From Candidatus Sericytochromatia bacterium (GTDB lineage: Bacteria > Cyanobacteriota > Sericytochromatia > UBA7694), in contig JBBKWI010000139.1 in NCBI GenBank assembly GCA_037968875.1, forward strand, positions 884 to 64,883: a DNA stretch of 64,000 bases, in the 5' to 3' direction. A program made the position numbers and the translations under genes. The notes beneath the pieces are model-generated. The model made no database searches and had not been told where the DNA came from. It saw only the letters and a program-made list of their open reading frames with translations. Below, one piece after another: positions 22,475 to 32,764 of this stretch (the first letter of the stretch is position 1; each line of letters starts with the position of its first letter).

Positions 22475-23443
22475 TTATACCTTAGAGATCTGGAGTAGAG
22501 CATCCAGAAAATTCAAATTTTCGTTGCGTTTTTTGACCACCAGCATCGGGACGCCCAGGTTTGCCTGGATCAGTTTTTCGGTCAGACTGCCCAGAAAAAT
22601 CGCCGATAAATTGGTGCGTCCTTTGGAGCCCATTACCAATAACTGACAATTGAGCCGACGTAATTTCTCGCTAATCAGGGCCACTTTATTGTAATCTTTT
22701 TGGTCGACAAAGTGAGGTTGGACTTCATTGAGATCCATATTTTCAAGCTTGGCGATAAATTTTTGATAATCTTCTTCGGCGTAGCTTTCCATTTTGGCGC
22801 TGCATTCTTCGTAGGTTTCGCCCAGACGGTAATAGCCTGAGGGCACTGAATACAGATTCAAGAAGTGAATAATATCGCCATCAACGGCATTGGATAAACC
22901 CAATGCCATCTGAGCCGCCAGAGCCGAATGCTCTGAAAAATCAACAGGCACCAGAATATTTTGAATATCAAGGTCGTAGGTCTCAGGCACAAATAAAACT
23001 GAGCACAAAGCCCGGCGTGCCAATTTAGCGGACAGGATTTCCCGTGAACCCACCTGGTTGCGCTTGCCCACGATCAAGAGGTCAGACATTTTCAGCTTAG
23101 ACTGCTGCACCAGTACTTCCAGCACTTCGCCCTGCATGGCCTCAAAGTCCATCGCAATCTCACGCTCGCTCACAAAATGTTTACTGACCCGATCACGCAT
23201 GCTGGCCTCAAGCGTTTCATCTTTGGGTAAATTAGCGAGTTCTGGGTGATCTTTCAAAAAGCTTTCAGGCAGCTCGATATCTTCAGCCACATGCAAAAAA
23301 TAGATCTTGCTCACCGGCAGGGATCTGCAGACAAAGCTGGCATACTCCAAAATATTTGCATCTAATTCCGTTAGTTCCAGCGCAACGGTTAAGCGAATTT
23401 CCTGCATCTCTAATCCTGCCTTTGTATCGATCGTGTCCTTCAT
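22475..23443 (-). CDS. Tandem universal stress protein (UspA) domain protein
   Basis: Two Usp cassettes (LLIVGKRNQVGSREILSAKLARRALCSVLFV and LLVMGSKGRTNLSAIFLGSLTEKLIQANLGVPMLVV); 2-bp gap to sppA. Confidence 0.8.
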   Translation of the reverse strand: MKDTIDTKAGLEMQEIRLTVALELTELDANILEYASFVCRSLPVSKIYFLHVAEDIELPESFLKDHPELANLPKDETLEASMRDRVSKHFVSEREIAMDFEAMQGEVLEVLVQQSKLKMSDLLIVGKRNQVGSREILSAKLARRALCSVLFVPETYDLDIQNILVPVDFSEHSALAAQMALGLSNAVDGDIIHFLNLYSVPSGYYRLGETYEECSAKMESYAEEDYQKFIAKLENMDLNEVQPHFVDQKDYNKVALISEKLRRLNCQLLVMGSKGRTNLSAIFLGSLTEKLIQANLGVPMLVVKKRNENLNFLDALLQISKV

Positions 23444-23540
23444 TTTAGCAGAAGCCTAATCTTGAAGACAGAGCACAAGTCTGTGTCAGAGCAGATGATA
23501 TACTAAAAGCGATCATGAGCCTGCTGCTCTGGAGGTAAGA

Positions 23541-25400
23541 ATGTCTGGACCTTTGCGTTCTTTTTTAATTGGTCTGGGTCTTAGCTTATTTGTATTTTTG
23601 ACCCTGGGCAGCTGGTACTGGTTGCAGTTTAGGCAGCCACCGACCGAAGATCTGGCGCGTTTGCGGGCCCAATTGCCGCAATGGGTTGAGCTGCTTGAAA
23701 AGCAAGACGATCAGGCCCTGGAAGCCAGCCTGGATCAAGTGCCGATGCAAATCGTGGTGGCTGACGCCGGACAGCAGGCCCTGACCAGTAATCTGGCGGA
23801 TGGGCATCGTTTGCGCCAGCAACGGGGCCAGGATGCACTTAAGAATGGCGTGCTGACGCGCTTTATTGAAAAGAACGCCTATCGTTTTTATTATCAGCCG
23901 CCGCTGAACTGGCTAGACCTCAATTTACTATTCCCACTGATTTTTGGACTTTTGTTGGGATTGGCTGCTGCCCTCTGGGATCTCTATCAAAACCTGCGCT
24001 TAGAAGACCAGACCGACACCTTAATTTTGCTCTCACGAGGAGAAGATTCCAAGCAAAAAACCCAGGCCAAAATCGAAGCCAAGAGCGAAGCCCGCCTGGA
24101 TGCCCTGCGTGATCAAAACAATCAACTCAAAGCCCAGTTACTGGAGCTCAAAACTCGCCCTGAGCCGACAGTACAAAAATCGGTGTCGCTGCCAACAGCT
24201 AATCCAGCCGCCGCTTCTGCAGTGCTGGCTGAAACAGACCCGGCACTGGTCAGGCGCTTAGAGCAAGAGCTCAAGCAAGTCAAGCAAGAGCTGAATGATA
24301 GCAAACTGAAATTACAAAGCGCTCAGAAAACCGCTAGCCTGCAAAATCAAGAAAACCAGCAATTAAAAAAGCAGGTCGATGACCAGGACGATGAGCTCAA
24401 TCGCCTGCACCAGCATCACCAGGAGCTCAATCAGGAGCTAGAGAAAGTTCGCGAACGCATGCAGGAAGTCGAACAACAAGCAGCGCAATTGCCTGAAGCC
24501 TGGCAAGAGATCGAAAGCCTACGCAAAGAGCAAGAGCGTCTCTTAGAGAAAGAAGGTCGCTGGCAAGACGAAAAACGTCGCTTGATGGGACTTTTTCATG
24601 AAAAAGTCGAGCTGCTGCAAAAAAATCAAGAGCGTCTCAAAAATGCCCGCCAGAAAATTAACGAGCTCTCAATGGCTTACAAAAAACAGCTCGAAAAAAT
24701 TCTCCATCTGCCCGAAGACCTACAGCATGCCCAGGAGTTACTCGAAAGCCTGATCGACCAAAAAGACCTGATCGAGCATGACAATCTGCGCCTGCATTTG
24801 GAGCAGGCCGATAAGCAATCTGAGATCAAGCGCTTGCAAATCGAACTGCAAGTGCGTGCCGATCGCTTAGAGCATGCCCGACGCCTGATCGAAGAACTCT
24901 CTGGCAGCTTGCGCAGCAACCAACGGGAGCTCTCGCTACTGAGCGAAACCTTAGAAGACAAATTGCTCGATCTTGATCGCATCCAGGATCTGCACGATGG
25001 AGACAGTCAGGTGCTCGAAGAAGTCTTGCAAGAGCGAGATCAACTGCGCTTAGAGCTCAGTGAGCAAGAAGAAGTCATTGCCCAATTGCAAAGCGACAAG
25101 AGCCAGTTGCAAGCCCAAAAAGAGGCCGCTGAAGGCCAATTGCAAGATGTCGACATGCAATCTTATCAGCTCGAAGTTGAGCAATTACGCCAGTCTCTCA
25201 AATTGATGGGCTTGCAACAGCAGCGCCGTACCCAGACCGTTGAGAATCTCAAAACCAAGCTCGAAGAGAGCGAAGTACTCTATGGCAAGCTCAAGCGCCA
25301 TGCCGAAAAACAAGAGCGCGAAATTCACAATTTACAGGAAGATATCGACCGCCACCGCTCTGAAATTGAAATTTTAGAGACCAAACTCTACGGCGGCTAA
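23541..25400 (+). CDS. Membrane-anchored long coiled-coil protein
   Basis: N-terminal TM helix followed by about 450 aa of heptad-rich Q/E/L/K sequence. Confidence 0.6.
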   Translation: MSGPLRSFLIGLGLSLFVFLTLGSWYWLQFRQPPTEDLARLRAQLPQWVELLEKQDDQALEASLDQVPMQIVVADAGQQALTSNLADGHRLRQQRGQDALKNGVLTRFIEKNAYRFYYQPPLNWLDLNLLFPLIFGLLLGLAAALWDLYQNLRLEDQTDTLILLSRGEDSKQKTQAKIEAKSEARLDALRDQNNQLKAQLLELKTRPEPTVQKSVSLPTANPAAASAVLAETDPALVRRLEQELKQVKQELNDSKLKLQSAQKTASLQNQENQQLKKQVDDQDDELNRLHQHHQELNQELEKVRERMQEVEQQAAQLPEAWQEIESLRKEQERLLEKEGRWQDEKRRLMGLFHEKVELLQKNQERLKNARQKINELSMAYKKQLEKILHLPEDLQHAQELLESLIDQKDLIEHDNLRLHLEQADKQSEIKRLQIELQVRADRLEHARRLIEELSGSLRSNQRELSLLSETLEDKLLDLDRIQDLHDGDSQVLEEVLQERDQLRLELSEQEEVIAQLQSDKSQLQAQKEAAEGQLQDVDMQSYQLEVEQLRQSLKLMGLQQQRRTQTVENLKTKLEESEVLYGKLKRHAEKQEREIHNLQEDIDRHRSEIEILETKLYGG

Positions 25401-25405
25401 ACGTA

Positions 25406-26470
25406 TTAGTAGGGCGGCAAGAGACGGCGAAAGCCGTGTAAGAGTACCAGTACCAAAAAGATCAGATTGCGTAGAATCAAAACCGGGATATTCAAGAAAA
25501 CCTGCGACTCTTTTTGCCCCTGCTGATGCACCCGCGCCAAACGATAGGCCACCTTGCGCATCCAGGAGACCGAGCGCGGCCATTCCATCAGACCCTCAAC
25601 CCAGGCTTCAGGTAGCTCATGATAACCGACCCGCGCCCCCATAATCGCCCCCATAATCGCAGCTGTGGTATCCGTGTCCCCGCCGCAGCGAATCGTGGTT
25701 AAAACCGCTACCCGGAAATTATCCTGATAGGTCAGCCAGATATGAATCACGACCGGTACCGTATGCATAATAAAGCCGCTGACTCCATCCTCACAATTGA
25801 GACGCTTCACAAATTCTTCAATCGTTTCTTTGCGCTGCACCGAAACCACAGTTTTGCGCATCAGCACAATGAAGTCACTCTCATCATTCTGGCAGACTTT
25901 TTTGAGCGAAATATAAAAGGCCTCTGGATCAACAGCCTCTTTTTGCGAAGACATCCAGGCAGCTAGAGCAACAGCCATAGCACCATATTCGGCACGGGGA
26001 TCCGTATGGGTAATACGGGTCGAGGCCCGCACATATTCCCGCAATAATTGAAAGTCGAGGCCATAGACCACGCCCAAGATCGCTGCCCGCATGGCCGGGC
26101 CATTGCCCGCCGAAAAAACACCGCTTTTTTGGGGCGGGATCCCCAACCACAGACGCAGGCACGCTTTTAAGGTCGCCAACCCCGTGCCTACGGGCAAACC
26201 CAACAGCCAGAAACGCAGTTTCCAGGCCATTAAGTGGGTGAAATGCTGCGGATCGTCGGGGGCGCTAATCAGAGCCTGGGCCACCATGCAAGTGTGCTCT
26301 GTATCGTCAGAGACCATGCCCCGCTCTAAAAAGAAATGGTAATGCTCCAGATCAGGATAGATCAGCCATTGACGTTCGCGAGAAAGGCCTTCACAGACCA
26401 AACCGAGAGCATCTCCAATCGCCGTGCCAACCAAACAACCCGCCAGGGCATCCTCCAGGTCAAAGCTCAT
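25406..26470 (-). CDS. ADP-ribosylglycohydrolase family protein with C-terminal membrane anchor
   Basis: DraG/ARH signatures GCLVGTAIGDALG (N-terminal) and GGDTDTTAAIMGAIMGARVG (C-terminal); hydrophobic tail LILRNLIFLVLVLL. Confidence 0.8.
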   Translation of the reverse strand: MSFDLEDALAGCLVGTAIGDALGLVCEGLSRERQWLIYPDLEHYHFFLERGMVSDDTEHTCMVAQALISAPDDPQHFTHLMAWKLRFWLLGLPVGTGLATLKACLRLWLGIPPQKSGVFSAGNGPAMRAAILGVVYGLDFQLLREYVRASTRITHTDPRAEYGAMAVALAAWMSSQKEAVDPEAFYISLKKVCQNDESDFIVLMRKTVVSVQRKETIEEFVKRLNCEDGVSGFIMHTVPVVIHIWLTYQDNFRVAVLTTIRCGGDTDTTAAIMGAIMGARVGYHELPEAWVEGLMEWPRSVSWMRKVAYRLARVHQQGQKESQVFLNIPVLILRNLIFLVLVLLHGFRRLLPPY

Positions 26471-27534
26471 ACGGAAGAGGTATCAGGCATGCGGATTTGC
26501 TCCCCTTGCTGACTCAAGGCCTGATAGCCTCTGGGACTGGTATCTTCAGACCATTTTAAAATTTCTGAAATCCGCCAAACCGGAAAGGGATGACTGGATT
26601 GCGCCGCCAGCAACAGGGTCCAGAACTTATCTAAAAAATCATCCTGATAATTGCGATCAAACTCGCGGGCCTGCTCAATAAAAGCGTCCAGATTGAGTTC
26701 ACCCTTTAAATTGCCACCGGCCAATTTGGTCAGGGCCGTCATCACCACACGCGCATCTTGCACCACCAGCAAAGCCGTGCGATCACAACTCAGCTCCGAT
26801 TTGTGCATCCAGGTGATCAGCGCAATTTGAATCGGCAAGCCAATGGTTCTTAAAATCGCGCCCACTGGCGTTTTGCCCAGAGCCGTCTCCATCAATGTCA
26901 GCAAAGCAGTCGCCGCCGTGCGATAGAGCAAATGCTGACAATGAATATGGCCCATTTCATGGGCAATGACAGCCAATAGTTCTTCTTCTGACAATTGCTC
27001 AACCAGGCCAGCATACAAGACGATAAAAGGGTTTTCAACGCCAGTCGTAAAGGCATTGACTGACATGCCGCCAAATTGGTCGGTTAAAGAAACATAGAGT
27101 TCGGGTTTGGCTAAATTCAGGGTTTGGCAAACGACTTCCAACTTCTGATCCAAATGGGCATACTGATCTTTGCTGACCCGCACAGCACTGGCTTTGCTCA
27201 AAACCCGATGCATGCGTTCAATCGTCAAGCCCACCAATTTACGGATAATCAGGTCCACGCCGGGGATCGCGCGCAAAGCTTTCAAAGCCTGGCGATCCAG
27301 GGGGTGGATATAGGCATCAGCGTCTACTTGTGACCATTTTTGATGGCTGCGCTGATTCAGGGGCAAACGACAGCGGCGACAAGCTGGGGCTTTTTTAGCC
27401 GGCTTATTCTCAGCCGCTTTATTAGCGATAGTCTCCGTGGCTTCAAAAACCGTATTTAATTTATGGCAATAGCCACAACGCAGTCGCCGCCGCTCTGATT
27501 TTTCATCTGACGGGGTTTGATTCTCTTCACTCAT
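26467..27534 (-). CDS. M48-family zinc metalloprotease with N-terminal zinc ribbon
   Basis: HEMGH zinc site (VIAHEMGHIHCQH) and N-terminal CGYC...CRRC ribbon; 4-bp start/stop overlaps with both neighbours. Confidence 0.75.
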   Translation of the reverse strand: MSEENQTPSDEKSERRRLRCGYCHKLNTVFEATETIANKAAENKPAKKAPACRRCRLPLNQRSHQKWSQVDADAYIHPLDRQALKALRAIPGVDLIIRKLVGLTIERMHRVLSKASAVRVSKDQYAHLDQKLEVVCQTLNLAKPELYVSLTDQFGGMSVNAFTTGVENPFIVLYAGLVEQLSEEELLAVIAHEMGHIHCQHLLYRTAATALLTLMETALGKTPVGAILRTIGLPIQIALITWMHKSELSCDRTALLVVQDARVVMTALTKLAGGNLKGELNLDAFIEQAREFDRNYQDDFLDKFWTLLLAAQSSHPFPVWRISEILKWSEDTSPRGYQALSQQGEQIRMPDTSSV

Positions 27535-29549
27535 GCACTCTCTCCTTTGTGTTCACGATAGCAGGCGTATAAACTTTCAAACAGCGGGCTGACTTTATTC
27601 TGATAAATCCCAGCAGGCCGATTGGCTTCGCGAGAGCTTGTCAGAGACAAAAAGCGGCGAGCGCGGGTGATTGCCACATAGACCAGCCTGACGTTCTCTT
27701 GTTCTTCGGCTTCTTCGAGGGTATCGAGCAGGGTCTGATAAGGTAAGCCCTCTTGTAAACAGGTCAAGAGCAGACGCAGTTCACGATCGGCACTGCGAAA
27801 AGGCTGACCAAACTGAAACAGCGGCAATAAAACCCCGTCCCACTCCAGGCCTTTGGCTTTGTGAGCCGTCAACACATGCACCACCCCCGGCTCCGTCAAA
27901 CTTTCCTCGGATTCCGCCGGAATCAAAGCCTGGCGGATCTTGCGGCTGGCAGCCTGATCGAGCCATTGACGAAAGCGCTCCAGATCTTGAATCGGCTGCT
28001 GATGGGTTTGCAGCCAGAGACTATGTAAGAGACGCAATTGGGTGCGCTGCTCTAGTGCAAAAGCCAGCTTCTCGGTAATCCATTCCAGCAGATCACCGAT
28101 CGGGTAATAGAGATGCTCAACCAAAAACAAGAGGCTTTGGGCATGTTTAACCAGCAACGCATAGGCTTCCCCCGAGACCGTGGGGTGATAGATCAAACCC
28201 TGTGCCAGGGAACGCAATTGACTTGCCACCGGCAATTGGGGATCGAGCAGGGTCTTGATCAATTGGCGACTATGACCTAACTCAAGTAAAACTTGCTGCA
28301 GCAGATGAAATTGATCAGCCTGCAAGAGATAATCCAGCACCCGTTTAAGCAGACGCACCCCATTCGATTGGAAGAAATGCTCTGAGCGATCATGGTGTAG
28401 CACAGCAGGCAAATGGGCCGCTTGTAAATGCTCATAGAGCCACTGACAGCTTAAATTGGTACGACAGAGGATGGCCACCGAGAGATCTTGTTGCAAAAGG
28501 TTTTGGGCCGCTTGTAACACCGCTTCAAGCTCAGAGGCCGTATCCGGATAGAGTCGCGCCCAGATCCAGCCATCGTCGGGGTTTTTCACGCCTGGCGCCA
28601 GATAGACATCCGAAGGAAAGGCCGCAGCATGGCGTGCATGGTAACGGTTAGCCAGATCCATGATTTGCGGGCTAGAGCGATTGCTCTGCTGCATGGCAAA
28701 AGTCCCTTGCTCCTGGCCAAAACGGGTTAATTCCTGAAAGTCGGCCCCACTAAAGCTATAAATACTTTGATTGGGATCCCCTACCCGTAGCCAGTGGCCT
28801 TGCTCACCAGCCAGTAATTGCAAAAGCTGCGTTTGCATACGATTGGAATCCTGGGCTTCGTCTTCTAAGATATGGCTATAGCGCTGACGCAGACGCTCCA
28901 GGATCTCTGGACGCTGGCAGAGCAAGTCATAGGTCGCTGAGATCATCATATCGTAGTCGAGCAGGTTCTCCTGGGCCAGACGGGCTTCATAGAGCTCCAG
29001 CCAACGTGGCAAACCCATTAGCAATTCCGCATGCTCTGAGAGAACCCCTGTCCAGTCTTCAAGCTCAGCCGCTGATGTCGGCTGACGCAGAAAGGCCCGT
29101 TGGCGATAGCGAGGAATCAAAACATCGGCCAATAAGCGGGCATAGTCCAGATCACTACTCCAGAGTTTAGCTCCTTGCAAGATCTCGTCGAGTAAACGGT
29201 AACGTCGCTCTTCGCTGGCCAGTTGGCGATCACTAAAGCGCGCATCTAGCTGACGCAAGAGCCGATTGCAAAAACCATGAATGGTAGAAAACACGGGCGG
29301 TTCAATAAAGGGTGCTAATAAGCTCAAGGTACGCTGTTCGAACTCTCGGGCAGCTGACTCAGTAAAGGTCAGGACTAAGATACGTTGACTGGCCACTTGT
29401 TCGGTCTCTATCCAGTGAGCAATCAAGCGCGAGATCAGGGTGGTTTTACCGGATCCAGGGGCAGCTAGCACGGCTCGCTGACCTGCAGTGTACTGGTCCA
29501 AGACGGCCTGCTGATCGGCCATTAATCGGAAAGATTGTACTGGCATCAA
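27531..29549 (-). CDS. UvrD/Rep/PcrA-like superfamily 1 DNA helicase
   Basis: All SF1 motifs present: Walker A APGSGKTT, Ia TFTESAAREF, II ILEDEAQDSN, III GDPNQSIYSFSGA, V VLTAHKAKGLEWD, VI VYVAITRAR. Confidence 0.85.
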   Translation of the reverse strand: MMPVQSFRLMADQQAVLDQYTAGQRAVLAAPGSGKTTLISRLIAHWIETEQVASQRILVLTFTESAAREFEQRTLSLLAPFIEPPVFSTIHGFCNRLLRQLDARFSDRQLASEERRYRLLDEILQGAKLWSSDLDYARLLADVLIPRYRQRAFLRQPTSAAELEDWTGVLSEHAELLMGLPRWLELYEARLAQENLLDYDMMISATYDLLCQRPEILERLRQRYSHILEDEAQDSNRMQTQLLQLLAGEQGHWLRVGDPNQSIYSFSGADFQELTRFGQEQGTFAMQQSNRSSPQIMDLANRYHARHAAAFPSDVYLAPGVKNPDDGWIWARLYPDTASELEAVLQAAQNLLQQDLSVAILCRTNLSCQWLYEHLQAAHLPAVLHHDRSEHFFQSNGVRLLKRVLDYLLQADQFHLLQQVLLELGHSRQLIKTLLDPQLPVASQLRSLAQGLIYHPTVSGEAYALLVKHAQSLLFLVEHLYYPIGDLLEWITEKLAFALEQRTQLRLLHSLWLQTHQQPIQDLERFRQWLDQAASRKIRQALIPAESEESLTEPGVVHVLTAHKAKGLEWDGVLLPLFQFGQPFRSADRELRLLLTCLQEGLPYQTLLDTLEEAEEQENVRLVYVAITRARRFLSLTSSREANRPAGIYQNKVSPLFESLYACYREHKGESA

Positions 29550-29552
29550 GGG

Positions 29553-30746
29553 CTAAGAAGGAATTCCCGAAGAGCTATCTTCTCCCAGGCTTTGGCGCTC
29601 ATCATCACTCATTTCCAGATCCGTCATCGATTTGCCCATACGCCCACGATGCGCTGCGACATCATCGTCATCAGGTGGCTTGACTTGGCCGCCTTTTTGC
29701 TTCATTAGGTAGGCGATGATTTTGGCGATCGCGATATAGAAATCGGGGTGGACATACTCGCCCAGTTCACAAGCCCCATAGAGCCCACGGGCCAAAGGCG
29801 GATCTTCAAAAATCGGGATATCATGTTCTTTAGCGATTTCCTTGATGTAAATCGCTAACTCATCTCGGCCTTTGGCAACCACTTTGGGAGCTTCCATGCC
29901 ATCTTCATAACGAATGCCGACGGCATAGTGAGTTGGGTTCGAAACAACGGCCGACGCATCGGGTACTTCCTGGCGCACCTGCCCCATACTCATCTGACGC
30001 ATTTTTTGCTTTTGCTTGCCTTTGATTAAAGGGTCACCCTCGGTTTGTTTGTACTCGTCTTTGACTTCCTGCTTGGACATGCGCATCGATTTTTCGAATT
30101 CCCAGCGCTGGTAAAAATAATCAATAAAGGCGACCAGCAACATGGCTGCAGCAGTTTTTTTGGCGATCGTGATAATCAGGCCGCCGGCAATTACAAGCGC
30201 ATTGGCGATCGGATTGGTCAAACTGAAAATAATATTGGGAAGTTGATCCTGGATCGAGGTATAGACCACCCAGCCCACAATACTGGTTTTAATCGATGAT
30301 TTGATCAGCTCAACAACCGATTTTAATGAAAAAACACGTTTCAAGCCTTTGATCGGGTGAATTCGCTCTAACTGCGGTTTCAAGGGTTTGCCGGAGATCA
30401 AAATACCGATCTGAAGCACTTCAACCAGCAGGGCCGTAATAAAGACCACCCCAAAAATCGGCAGGACCATCGCACCCAGGGTTTTGACGGAGTAAATGCC
30501 CAGACCATAAAGATCTACAATCGTAAAATCCTTAATAAACCAGGGCATATCGTAAAAGTTAAACTGAATAAACTTAAAGATCGTTTTGTAGATATGCGGC
30601 CCAAACCAGTTCAGGGCATAGGCAGACATCAGAATCAAAATCGCAGTATTGACTTCTTTGGACTTGAGAATCTGGCCCTTTTGTCGTGCTTCGGCGCGTC
30701 GCTTGGGGGTCGCGTCTTCAGTTTTCGAGTCTTTGTCTTCGCTCAA
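29553..30746 (-). CDS. flhB: FlhB/YscU-family export-gate protein (full length, NPTH autocleavage site)
   Basis: N-terminal EDATPKRRAEARQKGQILKSKEV, four TM helices, cytoplasmic domain with NPTHYAV, acidic C-terminal extension. Confidence 0.85.
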   Translation of the reverse strand: MSEDKDSKTEDATPKRRAEARQKGQILKSKEVNTAILILMSAYALNWFGPHIYKTIFKFIQFNFYDMPWFIKDFTIVDLYGLGIYSVKTLGAMVLPIFGVVFITALLVEVLQIGILISGKPLKPQLERIHPIKGLKRVFSLKSVVELIKSSIKTSIVGWVVYTSIQDQLPNIIFSLTNPIANALVIAGGLIITIAKKTAAAMLLVAFIDYFYQRWEFEKSMRMSKQEVKDEYKQTEGDPLIKGKQKQKMRQMSMGQVRQEVPDASAVVSNPTHYAVGIRYEDGMEAPKVVAKGRDELAIYIKEIAKEHDIPIFEDPPLARGLYGACELGEYVHPDFYIAIAKIIAYLMKQKGGQVKPPDDDDVAAHRGRMGKSMTDLEMSDDERQSLGEDSSSGIPS

Positions 30747-30931
30747 GGAATCACTACCACCTTTCCGATGCCCGCAAAAAACAGGGATTTTACTCCATGA
30801 TAATATAGATGCGTCTATTTTTGCAGTCTTCTACTGCGCTTTCTTTGATTAAGATAGATCATTTGCTTGGGGTAGATCTGTTGCTAATGGTACATTGAAG
30901 GGCATTAAACTGAGTGAAAGAGGTGAATTTT

Positions 30932-31429
30932 ATGGCTAAAGAAAATTCTTTCGATATTGTTTCTGAGTTCGACTTCCAGGAATTGCGCAACGCGATTGAC
31001 CAGGTTCGCAAAGAAATCATCACCCGTTACGATTTTAAAAACGTCAAAGCAGAAATCGATCTGCAAGACGATCAGATTGTCGTCAAGACCGAAGATGAGA
31101 TGAAATTAGAAGCGATTCGGCAAATGTTGATCGCGCGTGTTATCGCTCGCAAGCTCGATCCCAAGATCATGAAATTTGAAGATCCTGAGACTTCTCTCGG
31201 CGGCAATATGAAACAATCGATCACCCTGATCAAATCGATGGACACTGAAACCGCCAAAAAAATCAGTAAAATGATTCGCGAACAGTTCAAAAAAGGTCCC
31301 AAACCGAACATTCAGGGTGATTCAGTGCGTGTCACTTCCAAAAGCCGTGACGAATTGCAACAAGTGATGAGTTTCTTAAAAGAACAAGAAGACTTCGAAG
31401 TGCCAATCCACTTCGATAATTTCCGTTAG
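30932..31429 (+). CDS. yajQ: YajQ family nucleotide/cyclic-di-GMP-binding protein
   Basis: MAKENSFDIVSEFDFQELRNAIDQ... matches the YajQ (UPF0234) N-terminus; SD GAAAGAGGTG before ATG 30932 (the track ORF starts at an upstream GTG). Confidence 0.85.
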   Translation: MAKENSFDIVSEFDFQELRNAIDQVRKEIITRYDFKNVKAEIDLQDDQIVVKTEDEMKLEAIRQMLIARVIARKLDPKIMKFEDPETSLGGNMKQSITLIKSMDTETAKKISKMIREQFKKGPKPNIQGDSVRVTSKSRDELQQVMSFLKEQEDFEVPIHFDNFR

Positions 31430-32610
31430 ACTCTGGCTTTAGCCCAGGCTGATAACGCTTCAATAGACTGGCTCAGGGTGTCCGGCTGCTTGCAAAAAGC
31501 CAGCCGGACCCAGGCCGCACGGTCATTTTTCTCCAAAAAAGCCGAACTGGGCACCGTTGCGACGCCAGCTTCACGGGTCAGTCGGTGGGCAAAGTACAAA
31601 ATGTTTTCATGAGGTCTTAAGTAGGCCGAAACATCTAATAAAACATAATAAGCCCCCTGAGGCCTCGAAAAAGTAAAGCCGGCCCTGGCCAACCCCCCAC
31701 AGAGAAGCTCTCGTCGTTGCTGGTAGCGGCTTAATAGTTCAGCGTAATAGCTGTCTGGCAAGCGCAAGGCCACAGCTGCAGCATGCTGCATCGGGTGCGG
31801 GGCTGAGATAGTCAAAAAGTCGTGTACCTTGCGAATAGCGGCGGTAATCTCTGGTGGCGCAATCGCCCAGGCCACCCGCCAACCGGTCGCGGCATAGCTT
31901 TTGGAAATCGAGCTGATCGTGATCGTGCGCGCCTGCAAGCCAGGAATGGTAGCTGGGGCAATATGCTGGCCCTGATAAACCAGATGCTCATAGGTTTCGT
32001 CTGTATAGACAAGTAAATCGTGGCGCTCACACAACGCGGCCATTTGCTCTAGTTCAGCCCGACTAAAGACTTTGCCCGTCGGGTTGTGAGGGGTATTGAT
32101 GATCAGACCTTTGGTGCGCCGACCACAGGCTTGCTCCAGGGCCGGCCAATCGATTTGATACTGCATCTCTGCGTCCAGACGCATTGGCACAAAAACAGCC
32201 TGAGCCCCCGCCATCATCAGCTCTGCCCGATAATTCTCATAATAAGGCGAAAGCACCAGCACCTGATCGCCGGGGTCAAGGGTCGCTAAAAAAGCCGCCA
32301 TCATCGCTTCGGTGCCCCCACAGCAAATCGTCGTCCAGCTCTCTGGATCAAATGTAAGCCCATAATAGCCCTGCATTTTCTCAGCGAGGGCCTTCCCCAG
32401 TTCAGGAATGCCATAAGTACGGGCGTACTGGTTATAACCGGCCTGAATTGCCTCTATACAGGCTGTTTTTAAGACCTCTGGGGTATCGTCTTCGGGCAAG
32501 CCCTGAGCCAGATTCAAAGCCCCATGCTCCTGGCAGACGAGTGACATATTGCGAATAATCGATTCACGAAAATGCTGAGTACGCTGGGCGATCCGGGGAG
32601 TTTTTTGCAT
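31426..32610 (-). CDS. PLP-dependent aminotransferase, class I/II (YbdL/MalY-like)
   Basis: NLAQGLP N-terminal motif, SISKSYAATGWRVAWAI lysine box; start at MQKTPR with SD AGAGAGG (track ORF extends to 32703). Confidence 0.8.
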   Translation of the reverse strand: MQKTPRIAQRTQHFRESIIRNMSLVCQEHGALNLAQGLPEDDTPEVLKTACIEAIQAGYNQYARTYGIPELGKALAEKMQGYYGLTFDPESWTTICCGGTEAMMAAFLATLDPGDQVLVLSPYYENYRAELMMAGAQAVFVPMRLDAEMQYQIDWPALEQACGRRTKGLIINTPHNPTGKVFSRAELEQMAALCERHDLLVYTDETYEHLVYQGQHIAPATIPGLQARTITISSISKSYAATGWRVAWAIAPPEITAAIRKVHDFLTISAPHPMQHAAAVALRLPDSYYAELLSRYQQRRELLCGGLARAGFTFSRPQGAYYVLLDVSAYLRPHENILYFAHRLTREAGVATVPSSAFLEKNDRAAWVRLAFCKQPDTLSQSIEALSAWAKARV

Positions 32611-32764
32611 AATGGCCTCTCTATTTGGGGATGACATTTTAAAGGTATTTGAAAATTTAGTGACTGCTATTAAAGCAAAACATGCTTTACAGATCAATGA
32701 CAAGAAAAGCCCATGTTATGATTTGAGAGTTTCCGATAGGCTTGATTTCAGAAAGGATACAGCC

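Noticed and set aside
23586-24982. Several 60-100-aa minus-strand ORFs inside the coiled-coil gene
   Set aside because: Low-complexity Ser/Cys/Leu-rich antisense products of a repetitive GAG/CAG/CTG-rich coding region.
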